Below are positions 1 to 10,700 of a DNA stretch of 64,000 bases, in pieces. The DNA is taken from assembly GCA_010093705.1 (NCBI GenBank), contig MU006093.1, positions 765,301-829,300 of the forward strand, in the 5' to 3' direction. This DNA is from Patellaria atrata CBS 101060 (Eukaryota). The notes under the pieces were generated by a model, which was not told the origin of the DNA, did not search any database, and was given only the letters and a program-made list of their open reading frames with translations. The translations under genes were made by a program, and so were the position numbers. Position 1 is the first letter of the stretch. Each line of letters opens with the position of its first letter.

Positions 1-450
1 AGCACGCTCGAGGGCCACACGGGCTGGGTCAGCGCCGTAGCGTTCTCGCCGGACGGCCAGGTCGTGGCATCGGCATCATACGACCGCACCGTCAGGCTCT
101 GGGACTCGAAGACGGGTACTAACCAAAATGTTATTAATGTAGGTGAGGATATTGGGTACCTTAAGTTCTCCTTAGGGGGATATCACCTAGATACGAATAA
201 AGGAAGGATTAATATTTATCCTTCTACTAACTCAAATTTTTTACCACAGCAGAGGTGTTTATTTGGTCTCTTCGTTCAACAAGACTGGGTGTGTAATGAT
301 AAGATGGAGAAGCTTATTTGGCTTCCGCCGGATTTTCGAGTATCTACAGCGGAGTTTCGGGATCGTCTCCTTATACTGGGTCATGAATCAGGCTTTATTA
401 CTTTTCTTGAGATTATAGCTCTTACCTCCGCCCCACCCACCTCCTCTTAA
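1..450 (+). CDS. 3' end of NACHT-WD40 (HET-E/HNWD-like) NLR protein; 5'-truncated by window edge
   Basis: Frame 1 from base 1 reads [35 protein letters not shown], a canonical HET-E-type WD40 repeat. It is followed by the typical fungal NLR-WD tail (LDTNKGRI...WV...LIWLPPDFR...LILGHESG). Stop at 448-450. The NACHT domain itself is outside the window and is inferred. Confidence 0.85.
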   Translation, partial: STLEGHTGWVSAVAFSPDGQVVASASYDRTVRLWDSKTGTNQNVINVGEDIGYLKFSLGGYHLDTNKGRINIYPSTNSNFLPQQRCLFGLFVQQDWVCNDKMEKLIWLPPDFRVSTAEFRDRLLILGHESGFITFLEIIALTSAPPTSS

Positions 451-1339
451 GTTGACCCTGTATTTATATTGAATTACAAAGGTTCAATTAAAAATTATAA
501 TGTTGTTCTAATTCTGGTGCCGGCTCGCCTAGACTGTCACTCACTAACCAGCTCAGATGGTCAGTCACAAAGCCAGATGGACTAGACAAGTACTGTCCGC
601 AAACGGTTAACCGGTTACGGCAGGAAAAGATGGTTGCAGCAACTGAATAAACTATAGTGACAAGACATGATAGTATACGGTATAGAATAGGACAAAGGTG
701 ATCTTATGTCAAAGGGAGGTGGTCTCGTGGACGAGGCTTTGATAGAGTCTATACTAGTAGATACGGAACTTTGCAAGTCCAGGTCGTGCGGCTTCTTCAC
801 TAACGTAAAACTCCTTTACTGGGGGGTTGGCTAATGATAGGGGACAATATAACGGGTGCACTTCGCGTCAACAAGATTAACATGCAAGATTCTCTCTCTT
901 TCAACCGATTAGTGTCAGACTGAAGATCTTGGTGGGAAGGATAATCAAGTATATCTCCTACTACACACGCGCTTACATATACCATCCTATCTCTAATTTA
1001 CTATAAATTTTAAGAGCATAAATTATCTAACTATATAAGCTTTCATGTAGTAATCGAATTCTAGAAATATATCTATTAATTTATTTGCATAAATCTAGCC
1101 GCTACGGTAAACTATTATACCGCGTGGGCTATCTACACCCCGGTTCCCTATCTTTCGCTCACACGTGTCTTCATTTATACGGACAGTAATACATCCCTAT
1201 CCCTATCATCAATAGATTTCTATTATCTTATTTTAGAATAGAAGTAGAAGAAATTTCCCTAATTACGTCTTACGATTAAACATACCTTCTTCTATATCCA
1301 ACTTCTATATCCTATACTACAGTCCCCCCTAAGCCCTTT

Positions 1340-3850
1340 TCTAAGGCTCTATCGGCTATACTCTATAGGTATCGAATAAATATTCCCAGAAATCCTCTCT
1401 AGAAGGAAATAAGACAGCCGAACCTAAGTTATAAAAGTAGTAAGGATAAGGACAAGGAAAGGATAATACACGCCTCCGTAGTTTTCCATCAATATGAGCG
1501 TCGATGTGCGTATAAAGAGTATACACATCAGGAAACTAATGATATCGCTTCGCATCTACTCCTTTAGTCCCTAAACAGAACGGATAGGTGCCGGCCTAAA
1601 TAACTATACTATAAATTGTTATTACTCCGCAGAATAGTCTAAGGTTTTCCAGGTGAGTAACTATACGCCTCCTAGACTATTTTATTATCAATTTATTATA
1701 CGCAACTGTAGCAGAAGTACTGTCGATCCGGTATTATCAAATCGTTCGGAACATAGTGCTCATTTGCTAAGTGGGCAGCCAATTCATACCCGATAAACCC
1801 TTTTTCTTGACAGTTTTCCTAAAGATATACGTCCAACAGGAATTCTTTAAGTGACCTATTATATATATCGCGACCTCTTTTCCCGAACATGCTTTGAGAT
1901 TCTTGTCGCATTTCTTTCCGTCTCCCTCCCTACACCGGGACACGCGAGCTCGTGTGATAAGGTCTAGTGCCTCTACCTTTTGGGCAATACGCTTTTACCG
2001 AGCATATAAGAGTAAGTGCTTACTCTTTCGCGCTTTTCCGGGGCTATTATGAATTGATTAGTTCGCGTGCTATTGGCGTGTAGGAGAGAAATTTCACCTT
2101 GCTAAATCCGTATCGCAGTTCGGACAATTACCTTCTTGTTAGGCTTCGCCTCAGGGTACTATATACTTCCGTTTGAGGGAGAAGACACCAGTATCATTGG
2201 TTCGAGCATAGAGCTCTCAGTAATAAGAGGATCCCCTTTTAAGTTATATAAGGTATCGATGAGCTTAGCCCGTTGAGGCTCGTATTTCAAAACTGTCTGT
2301 ATAAGTATATGCTCCGTTCGTGAAGGGAGAAGTATATCCGAAGCTTCAATATCGCCATCAAACTGGTGGTCATCTTGAACCATATCCGACTGAGGGATGC
2401 AATTGAAATGGGCTGAACGAGCGTCACGGAATTGGTCTCGGCGCATGCGACTAATATCTTCACGCCTCCTTTCGGCGGTGGTCACGGTAGATATCGCGTT
2501 AGGTCTACGTCCCGGGACCGTCAGGTCGGCGCCGTGGGGTGGCGGTGCGTTAACATCCCTCTCCAGAAGCATTGTTCTTGAGAAATCGAAAAGTTTTGCA
2601 CGCTGAGGTAAACCACGCATGATCTATTGGCCATCCACTACCGACTTTCGGGAAATATAGGCCTGAAAAGTGATATCATTTGTATATCCCATGCGCTGTC
2701 TGCTTTGGGCTGTAGTTGCGTCTTGATCAAGCTTATTTGCGAAACCACGTCTAAAGCAGTATGCGAATATGGGGCCTTTATATCCTACTCTCTCCCTAAG
2801 GGCTCGGAGTCGCCCTCAATAGCCTTTGTGTTTCAAAATCTGCGTCTCTGATATGAGGCCGGACGGTGTGACAGCTCGTACAATAAGAATATCCCTCATT
2901 TCAGGTTTAGCTTCTAAGGTAATTGCGGCTCGGGAGGCCGGAACCTGGATCGTATTGAAGGCTGCCAGATCAGGAAGCGCAGTATAAGCTTGATCCGCAA
3001 TCGCTAGAGCTAAGAAATGTGTGAATACGCAAGTCGCTTTGTCGGCCATTGGAGTTAGAGTAATCTCTAGGCTACTAAAGTTATTAGCTTATGGGCAATT
3101 ACAAACTATGTTTAGAATCTGGCAAGATTACCTATCTAGTTTGAACCTACGACCCTTCTGATTGTGAACTGCCACACTCATAGTCCAAATTGCTCCTTTA
3201 AACGCAATCATAGACTTAGTGAGAGTGATGTCCTTGTAATATACACCCTCATTGCTCTCTAGCCAGCATCTCGACTCGATTAGTTCGCCAGGCCGGAGGA
3301 TCAAATCACTGAGTAGAAGAATTACAAAGTGAAGCCAGAGCCGCCAGCGAGGGTGTGCGTACTCGAAGGTATCGAATTTCCATGAATACTTGAGTAGATC
3401 CTTCGTGACGGGATACGATGCCACAGGTTTTGGTTGACATTTACTTAATGCCCCTGATCTTTCTCGAATATCTGTGTGAATATAGTCGGTGATTAAGTCA
3501 AATTCTTTCCGTCCAAATTTATAGTTATGCTCAAGGAAAAGGAGTAGTTATATCTCTCTCGATAGCTTTTCTAAAGGACGGATGGTGACTTTCTGTTCGA
3601 TTTTGCCCTGGGTATTTCCAATCCAGAAATGTAGAAAAGCCTTCATTTGTGAAAGTCCAGGAACTTCCAAGAGAGGTACATATACATGGCGCGTGTTCGG
3701 TAGATATTGAACAGCACATCTATTCTATATATTAGCTATAGAAACTATAACTCAGAATAAGAATGTACTGTTTGAATCGACTGCGAAGAAGGTCAAACTT
3801 CTCCTTTAAATAAGGACGAATAACGGGCCGTACGTTATCGTCGATTTGCG
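1340..3850 (-). pseudogene. DUF3435 tyrosine recombinase (Starship captain), inactivated by RIP-like mutations
   Basis: Joining minus-strand fragments gives MKAFLHFW...KPVASYPVTKDLLKYSWKFD..Y.HPRWRL...LRPGELIES...NEGVYYKDITL, then an intron (~3074-3131), then CVFTHFLALAIADQAY...AYCFRRGFAN...RQRMG(Y)..DITFQAYISRKSVVDGQ*IMRGLP, and C-terminal YFCYSC...HLENL..FCG...(Y)PFCLG...RYH*F...HID...CPYP. These match the DUF3435 architecture and the tyrosine-recombinase R / HxxR-like / H / Y motifs. In-frame TAA/TGA/TAG stops. Ends approximate. Confidence 0.88.
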
Positions 3851-3872
3851 AAGGGGGGTTGCAAAGACTTAC

Positions 3873-6546
3873 CACCATAAACAAATCTTTGAGCATGAAT
3901 ATTCGCAACAACCATTACGACTTGTGCGGTGATGGATCGAGCAACTTCAAGCTGAAATAGGTTTCTCCATGTCACCAGTATCTCTATGTCGTGAAGTAGT
4001 TACCCAAATGTCTTTGGCGTCTCCTAAGAGTCGGACATACCCTGACTGTCCAGAGTCAGACAACTGATTTGAGATTACAAGTATCGTACGCAGCCAGAGA
4101 GATATCACAGCAAGAAGCGCATTCCTATCAATTGTCCACTGAGGGGCTTCAAGAGTTTCAGGATCAACGATTCCGGTGTCTACGTTAAATGTGTATTGAC
4201 CGGTATTGGACGGCTTACTTTCCGCTATCCGATAACTAACATCGCTCTGCCACTTGAATACCATTCGATCCGGATTCTGTGTGATTTCAAAGGTTGATTG
4301 TTTATCCGGGATGGGCTCAAGTAATACCACGTTTTTGCCGAGTTTCTTCGCAACGTAACGACGCCCTGTGCTAGGTCCTTCAGGTATTTAGAATGAATCA
4401 TGTGATCTATCTTGTATTGACCGCAAACTAGAACGCTCGTTCTTGGGACTGCCATCTTTAATAACCCCTACCTCACCTGATGCAGTGCTTTCAGATGTCA
4501 TACTATTTTGATAGATTCGACGGGGGGAAGGAAGGTCTCGCCAGGGGTGGTGAAAAGACTTTACTAAGTTTTGGATTGTTGGTCTATACGTCGAGTGCTC
4601 TCTTTCTTTTGGTGATATGTACAAATTGCTGGAACTTGTCGTGGAGTGATGGAGTTCCTCGATGTATGTCGCTCGTTCGGCCTGTTCGGGCTGTAATGAG
4701 TCCAACATTGCATTACTGTCCGTTAAAACTATGCGTATTACCTGCGTTATAGCAGTGGCAAGTTGATTAGAGATAACATGCAACTCATCGTTCCACATCA
4801 CAAGATCCTGGATATGGGCCTGTATCTCGACAATTTTTTGAAATGGTAAACGATGGTATTTGTCATTCCCTGCATTGGGAAGTCGCAAAGTTGTTGAAGG
4901 TCGTACGGGCGTAAAGTCTCGATCGTAAACTGATGAGAACGATCCACAACGGAGCTCCCAGCGGGAAAGATCCATAATTTTGTAGGTAAGCCATCCTAAC
5001 TCCAGGCCTTCGGGGAGATCTTCTCCAGTTGGATCCCTTGCAAGACCTCGACGTACGTATGACCGCAATGTAGTCATCACGAGAGTACCAGCTAGAACGG
5101 AGACCGCTGAACTCCAATGCAGAGCTCTCACTAATATGCGAGTTAGATTCTGATTGATAAGCACGTTATTGCAAGAACGCTACAACTCACAGTCAATAAA
5201 CTAGATAACATAACCAATGAGGGAAAACCCTATAGCAGTTGCTGCAGTAAAGCTATAGTCCTTTTCTTCGTTGACTCTAGAGGTACGAATCCTTTTATCT
5301 TTAGCCGCATTAGAAATCGCAAATGATGAAAACTTTTGTTCGCTAACTGTGCATGTTCTCTGAATTCGCACCACATGGAAATCATCCGGTGACTCAACTG
5401 GGAAAAATTCTAGCTCATCCGTACTACCTTTAATGATATCTAGACACACGTTAGAAGTCAAAAACTATTTAGATGCACTGGTGGTATGACTTACGGGAAC
5501 ACAATATGATACCAATGTTCAAAATTAGAGTCCCTTATGAATCATGACTTTAGCCAGTAACACGTCTTTAAGGAAGGGGACAGTAATTACCTAGAAGCAT
5601 GCACAGATATCCATAGCCCGCAATATTAGATCCGGAATTTTTTAGACTCCAGTGGTATGTTGTAACTCCCGATATTATAAGTATCAGCAGCTGTACAATT
5701 ATGCCGGTGATAGCAAAAGCCCACACCTCCCGTCGCCGCGGGAGAGCATCTGCAACATTCAAGGTAATGTTAGGAGCTTGGGTCGTCAACCTAGTCTAGC
5801 AATTTTGCTAACATCCGAAAAGTCGGTGGGTCCTTTGACACCATATACGCGTTCGTTATATGCAGTTGTTAAGTCGTATACCATATTATTGACGTCAACT
5901 TCGGCATCAGTCTCATGGTACTTCCTATAAATGAACTCCTTGATCGGAGCATCTCCACGATCGCGAACTACATACATCAGTTGGAACCTGATTGATGGAC
6001 ATCATTTGACTAACTTATTTCTCTACCACTCCACAATTCACAAACCGATTCACTTATGCTCGATAGTAGTTCTACCTCGGCAGTTGGTCTACTTTCACGG
6101 GCTCTAGTTTGAGTGTCAACGTATGTAATCAGAAGTAGAGACGGACCATTCACCTCCTAATGATTGCTTTTAGCCATCTTCTACTACCTATACGAATTGC
6201 ACTGACCACACTAGTGAGTATTCCAATTGGAGCCATTGCAAGAAGGATATTGTCGGCCCATCCCATCTACAAGACATTCAGCATCGGTCAATTTGAGCTA
6301 CAGGAGAATACTTACCGCCTGGGACATGAATTGTTTTGTGACGTGTTCACCAAAAAGGGTGAGAAGTGGAGCAAGGTCTGTGAACAAATTGTTACTGAAA
6401 TCTTCCCCTTGGAAACCGCTGAAAGTCAAATTGCCGGCCATGTTAGTGAGGAACAATAACGTGGATATAGCTAATGATATATAAGCTGAACCCTCTTGTT
6501 GAGCTGATGCGTTATCCCCGGTCATGCCATTCCTATTAGGATGCAT
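3873..6546 (-). pseudogene. Frameshifted/truncated multi-TM protein of the fungal 'DFSNNLFxDLAPLL' family (members usually annotated as ankyrin-repeat proteins)
   Basis: Spliced fragments read EDFSNNLFTDLAPLLTLFGEHVTKQFMSQA/MGWADNILLAMAPIGILTSVVSAIRIG...ARES..AEVELLSS.SESVCELW...APNITLNV...VLAGTLVMTTLRSYVRRGL...W..D..ALLAVISLWL...RLLG. The reading frame is broken across several ORFs. No ankyrin repeats are present before the captain begins. Confidence 0.75.
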
Positions 6547-7788
6547 TGCAGATTTACAGGGAATCTGCTTTTCGCTCGGTATCGGCAGGGTTCAACCAAT
6601 GGCGAGCTTCCTTATTATGTACTCCCCAGATTGTGGCTGGCTGAGGTTGTAAAATAGCTGCTGTATGCTAACCCCCTAACTTCAGGACGACTACTCATAT
6701 TATATTCTAGTATTTTCTATTGATCAGACTTCTAGAATCACTGTTCGTAAGATAATACCCCTTTTGAAAACTAGTCTGTTATAGATTCGAGCTCCTCAAT
6801 ATGAATGAAAGCCCCGATACTGAAGGTAGAAAAGGAGCTGAAAGAAGACAAAAAGGTATTTGTACGACTTATCTGAAACATATTTAAATAGAAGAATATG
6901 AGCGTAATTAATCATACTTCCATCCAGCGTTCAAACCTTCGTTACCCCTCTACTATTGATATTTTCAGCTGTGTTTGTGATAATTGATTGCACATTCTTC
7001 TAGATATGTTCTCCATAACAGCTGATGACAATATAAGTAATAAACGACTTGGACTGTACTACTCTCCGCTGATGGATATACCTTAAAATGCCATTGACAA
7101 CCAGTAGAAGAGAACGCAACTATTCATGCAATGTCACCTTGTTGGAATTGAGGGTCACGCAAGGTAGCTGGATATCTGAAACTGCTGGAGGCCATGGCAA
7201 TTGAGATGGCTGAACAGGCAATGCTTTAAGATGGCAATGCCACCCACATGATAGTCGACAATCAAAAAAAACACTTTACACCCTCCTATCTACTATCTCA
7301 GCTCATACCAGTGTGTATTCAAACACACCTAGAGACAGGATTATGGTGTTCGAGTAGTTCTATGGTAACTCTGTACAGTAGAAGTTCCCATTGGGAATTC
7401 CGTAACCTACTCGTGGGTTCAGGCATATCCCAAACGATAATTTCTAAACGATACTCTTGTCATTTTCCTGGGAATTTCAGCCTTGACGTACGGAGAAGAT
7501 ATCTCGGTAAAACTAAAATCCATTGCCGAAAAGGCTAACCCGGCAACTTCGGCAAAGCTGCAAACACAACAAACGCGTGCGAAGTGACACCTCAGCCACA
7601 GCAACCGAAACTTGAGCTATCGGTTTTCTCTTTCCACCTTTCCATCCTTCCTCATCGCAATTCATTCTAATACTTTCTCATCGTTAATGTCTTAATATCG
7701 ATCACCCAATTCTCTTCATTTCGTTCGGCTTGGCGTTCTTTTCGTTTGTATACCACGCGCAGACTTGCGATCGGTCAAGAACGCAACC

Positions 7789-10700
7789 ATGGCCGACTTA
7801 CAAGAGCTGTTCGCCCGACTGAAAAGCACGAATAATCCAGCGACGACTTCGAATCAACAACCTAGCAGCACTATTGACCAGTCCACCAGGTCGCAAAGTG
7901 GATTGGACCAGAATCACAATTACCGTCCTCCCAGTGTCTCATCCCCTCTCTTCTCGCCCTCTCCAGGTGGCCCCCAACCGCACCACGCATCCGCCATTAT
8001 GAGCCCCAACACATCTGCTCTTCCGACACCATTACCGGAGCAGAATGTTGCTACTCCTGCTGGTGATCGCACTGCTAACCTTCTCAATCTGCTCAAATTC
8101 TCTCAGAACAACCAAGGCCCTGCCCCTTCACAGTCACCTTTCCCTTCTGTCGAGCGTCGAGCCTCGCACAACCTCAGTCAAGCTTCGCAAGCAGACAACA
8201 ATGTTATTCAAGGTCGAACTACATCAGCGTCTGACCTTGTTGCCTCTATTATGCGTAAAACATCGTCTACAACTTCTTTCCAGTCTCCTCCCTCAGCCTC
8301 GCCTGTACCCAGCAGACCTGAGATGCGCGGTGAACGATCGACGTTAGCGATGGAAAATCCTCAGGACTTTCTCTTGAAACTGCTCAATCAACCCAAACCA
8401 ACGCAAGGAGATCCGTTAACGCGACGGCATACGGACAAATCCCATCAGTCAGTTGAGCCGCAATTGCCTGAAGTGGAGGTTGACGACCTGGCGCAAGACC
8501 TTGCTGATGCTAAACTTGAAAATGTTGATTCCAATCCGGCTACAACTCAACAGAAACAGCGTTCTCATCCCACAATCTTTGGAGTTGATGAACCCCACGC
8601 ATTCGAGCCTCCATCCACCAACAAGAGTTCGATTTTCACCTATGTGAACCCTTTCGAACAACTTTCTGCGTCATCGCCTCGCAACCGCACCCCAAAACCC
8701 GAAGCAAAGTCTGGTAGTACGACCCCAAAGATTGACATTCTCAAGAATAGTGGCAATATCGCGGCTGCTGATGCTTCGCTCCCAACTCAGACAGCCCATA
8801 AACACTCTGCATCAGATACTCTGTCTTCTCCTATTAACTTACCACCTTCGATGCCTAATCATCCTCATCGCGATAATGCTGAGATGCTCGAGCGAGAGAG
8901 CGTTGTTCAGGCCGTTAGCGAGGTTGGTAAGCAGGTTGATAAACAGATCGAGGAAGCCTTAGCCGCAGCCGATGTTGGCGCAGCCGAAAGCAATACACTT
9001 GAAGCTGCTGTCCCTAAAGATGACGTTTCTATTGACGAGCTGGAACAAGCCGTCCATGAGGTCGCCGTTGAAGCCAAGGAGGAATTGAAGAATGAAGATA
9101 GTCGTCGCGAATTCAAATCTAGCTTGCCAAAGCCACTAGCTGACGCAGTTGAAGAAGTCATTAATGAAGCGGCGCAAGAGAATGTTGCCGACGATTGGGA
9201 AAGTGCTGATGCCGAGGATAATGCAACCAAGAATGGAGAGTACTTAGTGAGGGTTTACAACTTTCCGATTAGACCATTCGTTGCTATCGACATTAACCGG
9301 TTACAAGAGCCTCCATTGTCACTGCGTCCGGACAACATCCTTGATGTCGCTCGACTCAAAAAGCCGTTCGAACAGATTGATCGCACCCTTGTCGTGGCAA
9401 CGAAGAACTTCATAGTATATGCATTACCCAAGAGCGGACCAAAGAGTGGTGGCTTTCGTTTAATACAACAAGATACTGGCCAGTATAAGCAAGTTTTCGC
9501 GAATACGAATGAGCGTATCTTCAACCTTTCTATTTGTGCCCCTGCTATAGGAGGACCTGCTGCTGCTTCCATTTTACAGGATGCCGAAACTATCCTCGCC
9601 ACTGGCATTGACGGGACAGTCTATTGGGCAATGAGCTCTACTAAGGACCCGGATCTATTCACGGAGAAGCGTCTGGAGGACACTGGTCTAATCTTTCCCC
9701 CAAGCCAGGCCCATGACGATAACACTTCTGGAGGTCAGCTCAAGACAAGGGCTAAGAAGAGTAACCGCCATCCCGAATTTTTTGGTCTCGGGAGGGGTAG
9801 ATGTATTTATATAATCTGGCCCCAAATGGCTCGTGACAGGCGCTACATGGATACCAAGACACGAGTGTGCGACACCGTCAAATATCTTGCTGAGCGTCAG
9901 CTTCAGATTACTATTGGAAAAGCTGGTAAAGATTTTGCATTTAGTGAGGATGATACTACAATAGTCTCTTTGGACAAGGCTGGTAAAATGAAGTTCTGGG
10001 ATATCCGCGAGCTTACCAATTCTGCATTCAACAGTACTCCTGGCTCATTCCCCAGTTACGATATCCGCACTCCGCTCTTAACCCTCTCAACTTGTTCTCC
10101 AAGCGATAAATCCTGGCCTACCTCTGTTTTCTTCGTCGATAAGGAACGCCCTTGCGTCAAGGGTATTGCCTGTCGATATCTCATCGTAGGCATGAAGCAG
10201 AATCATACACTTCAACTTTGGGACCTTTGTCTTTTGAAACCTGTGCAGGAAATAAACTTTCCTCACGAGAATGAGTCAGACCCGATCTGCAGTATTGGCT
10301 ATCATCCAAGAACAGGAGTCATCGTTGTGGGCCATCCAACTCGTAACTCTATCTATTTCATCCACCTGTCTGCTCCTGTCTATAACCTTTCTCCTATGCG
10401 ACAGGCTAGGTTCATCGAATATGTAGCAACCAAGTCTAACAAGATCCCCAAGCCGGAGTCCACAGCAATCATGAGCGGAGTTCGAGAGTTTTCCTTCGCA
10501 TCCAAAGGCCAGCTTCGCAGCGTTGAAATCCTCAACGATCCCATCAACGCAAATACTGGACCAGAAGAGTCCCCAGCTCTCTTCGAGTTGTATGTAATGC
10601 ATTCCAAAGGTGTTACTTGCATGTCTATCAAGCGAGAAGACTTAGGTTGGAGTCAAAACAACAGGGTCCTTCATCCCGTTGATGCTCAAAGCGAAGGCGC

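Larger units (their letters stand above)
1..3900 (-). mobile_element. Probable degenerate Starship giant transposon (captain end; cargo extends beyond left edge)
   Basis: DUF3435 captain on the minus strand with an NLR gene immediately downstream; AT-rich, TpA-rich RIP-like sequence at ~980-1700. No terminal direct repeat or TIR could be identified, so the boundary is approximate. Confidence 0.65.

Noticed and set aside
604..613. Palindrome CGGTTAACCG as a Starship terminus
   Set aside because: It lies between captain and cargo, internal to the putative element, and a single 10-bp palindrome is not significant.
615..985. Two 61-aa minus-strand ORFs as independent genes
   Set aside because: No recognisable motifs. 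They may be the decayed low-complexity tail of the captain or chance ORFs.
4000..4011. TTAC as a Starship target-site direct repeat
   Set aside because: A 4-mer is uninformative without the other end, and it also reads as a GTAACT splice donor of the upstream gene.
6667..6681. Telomere repeat or telomerase-template-like CTAACCCCCTAAC
   Set aside because: Imperfect, under two units, and expected by chance.
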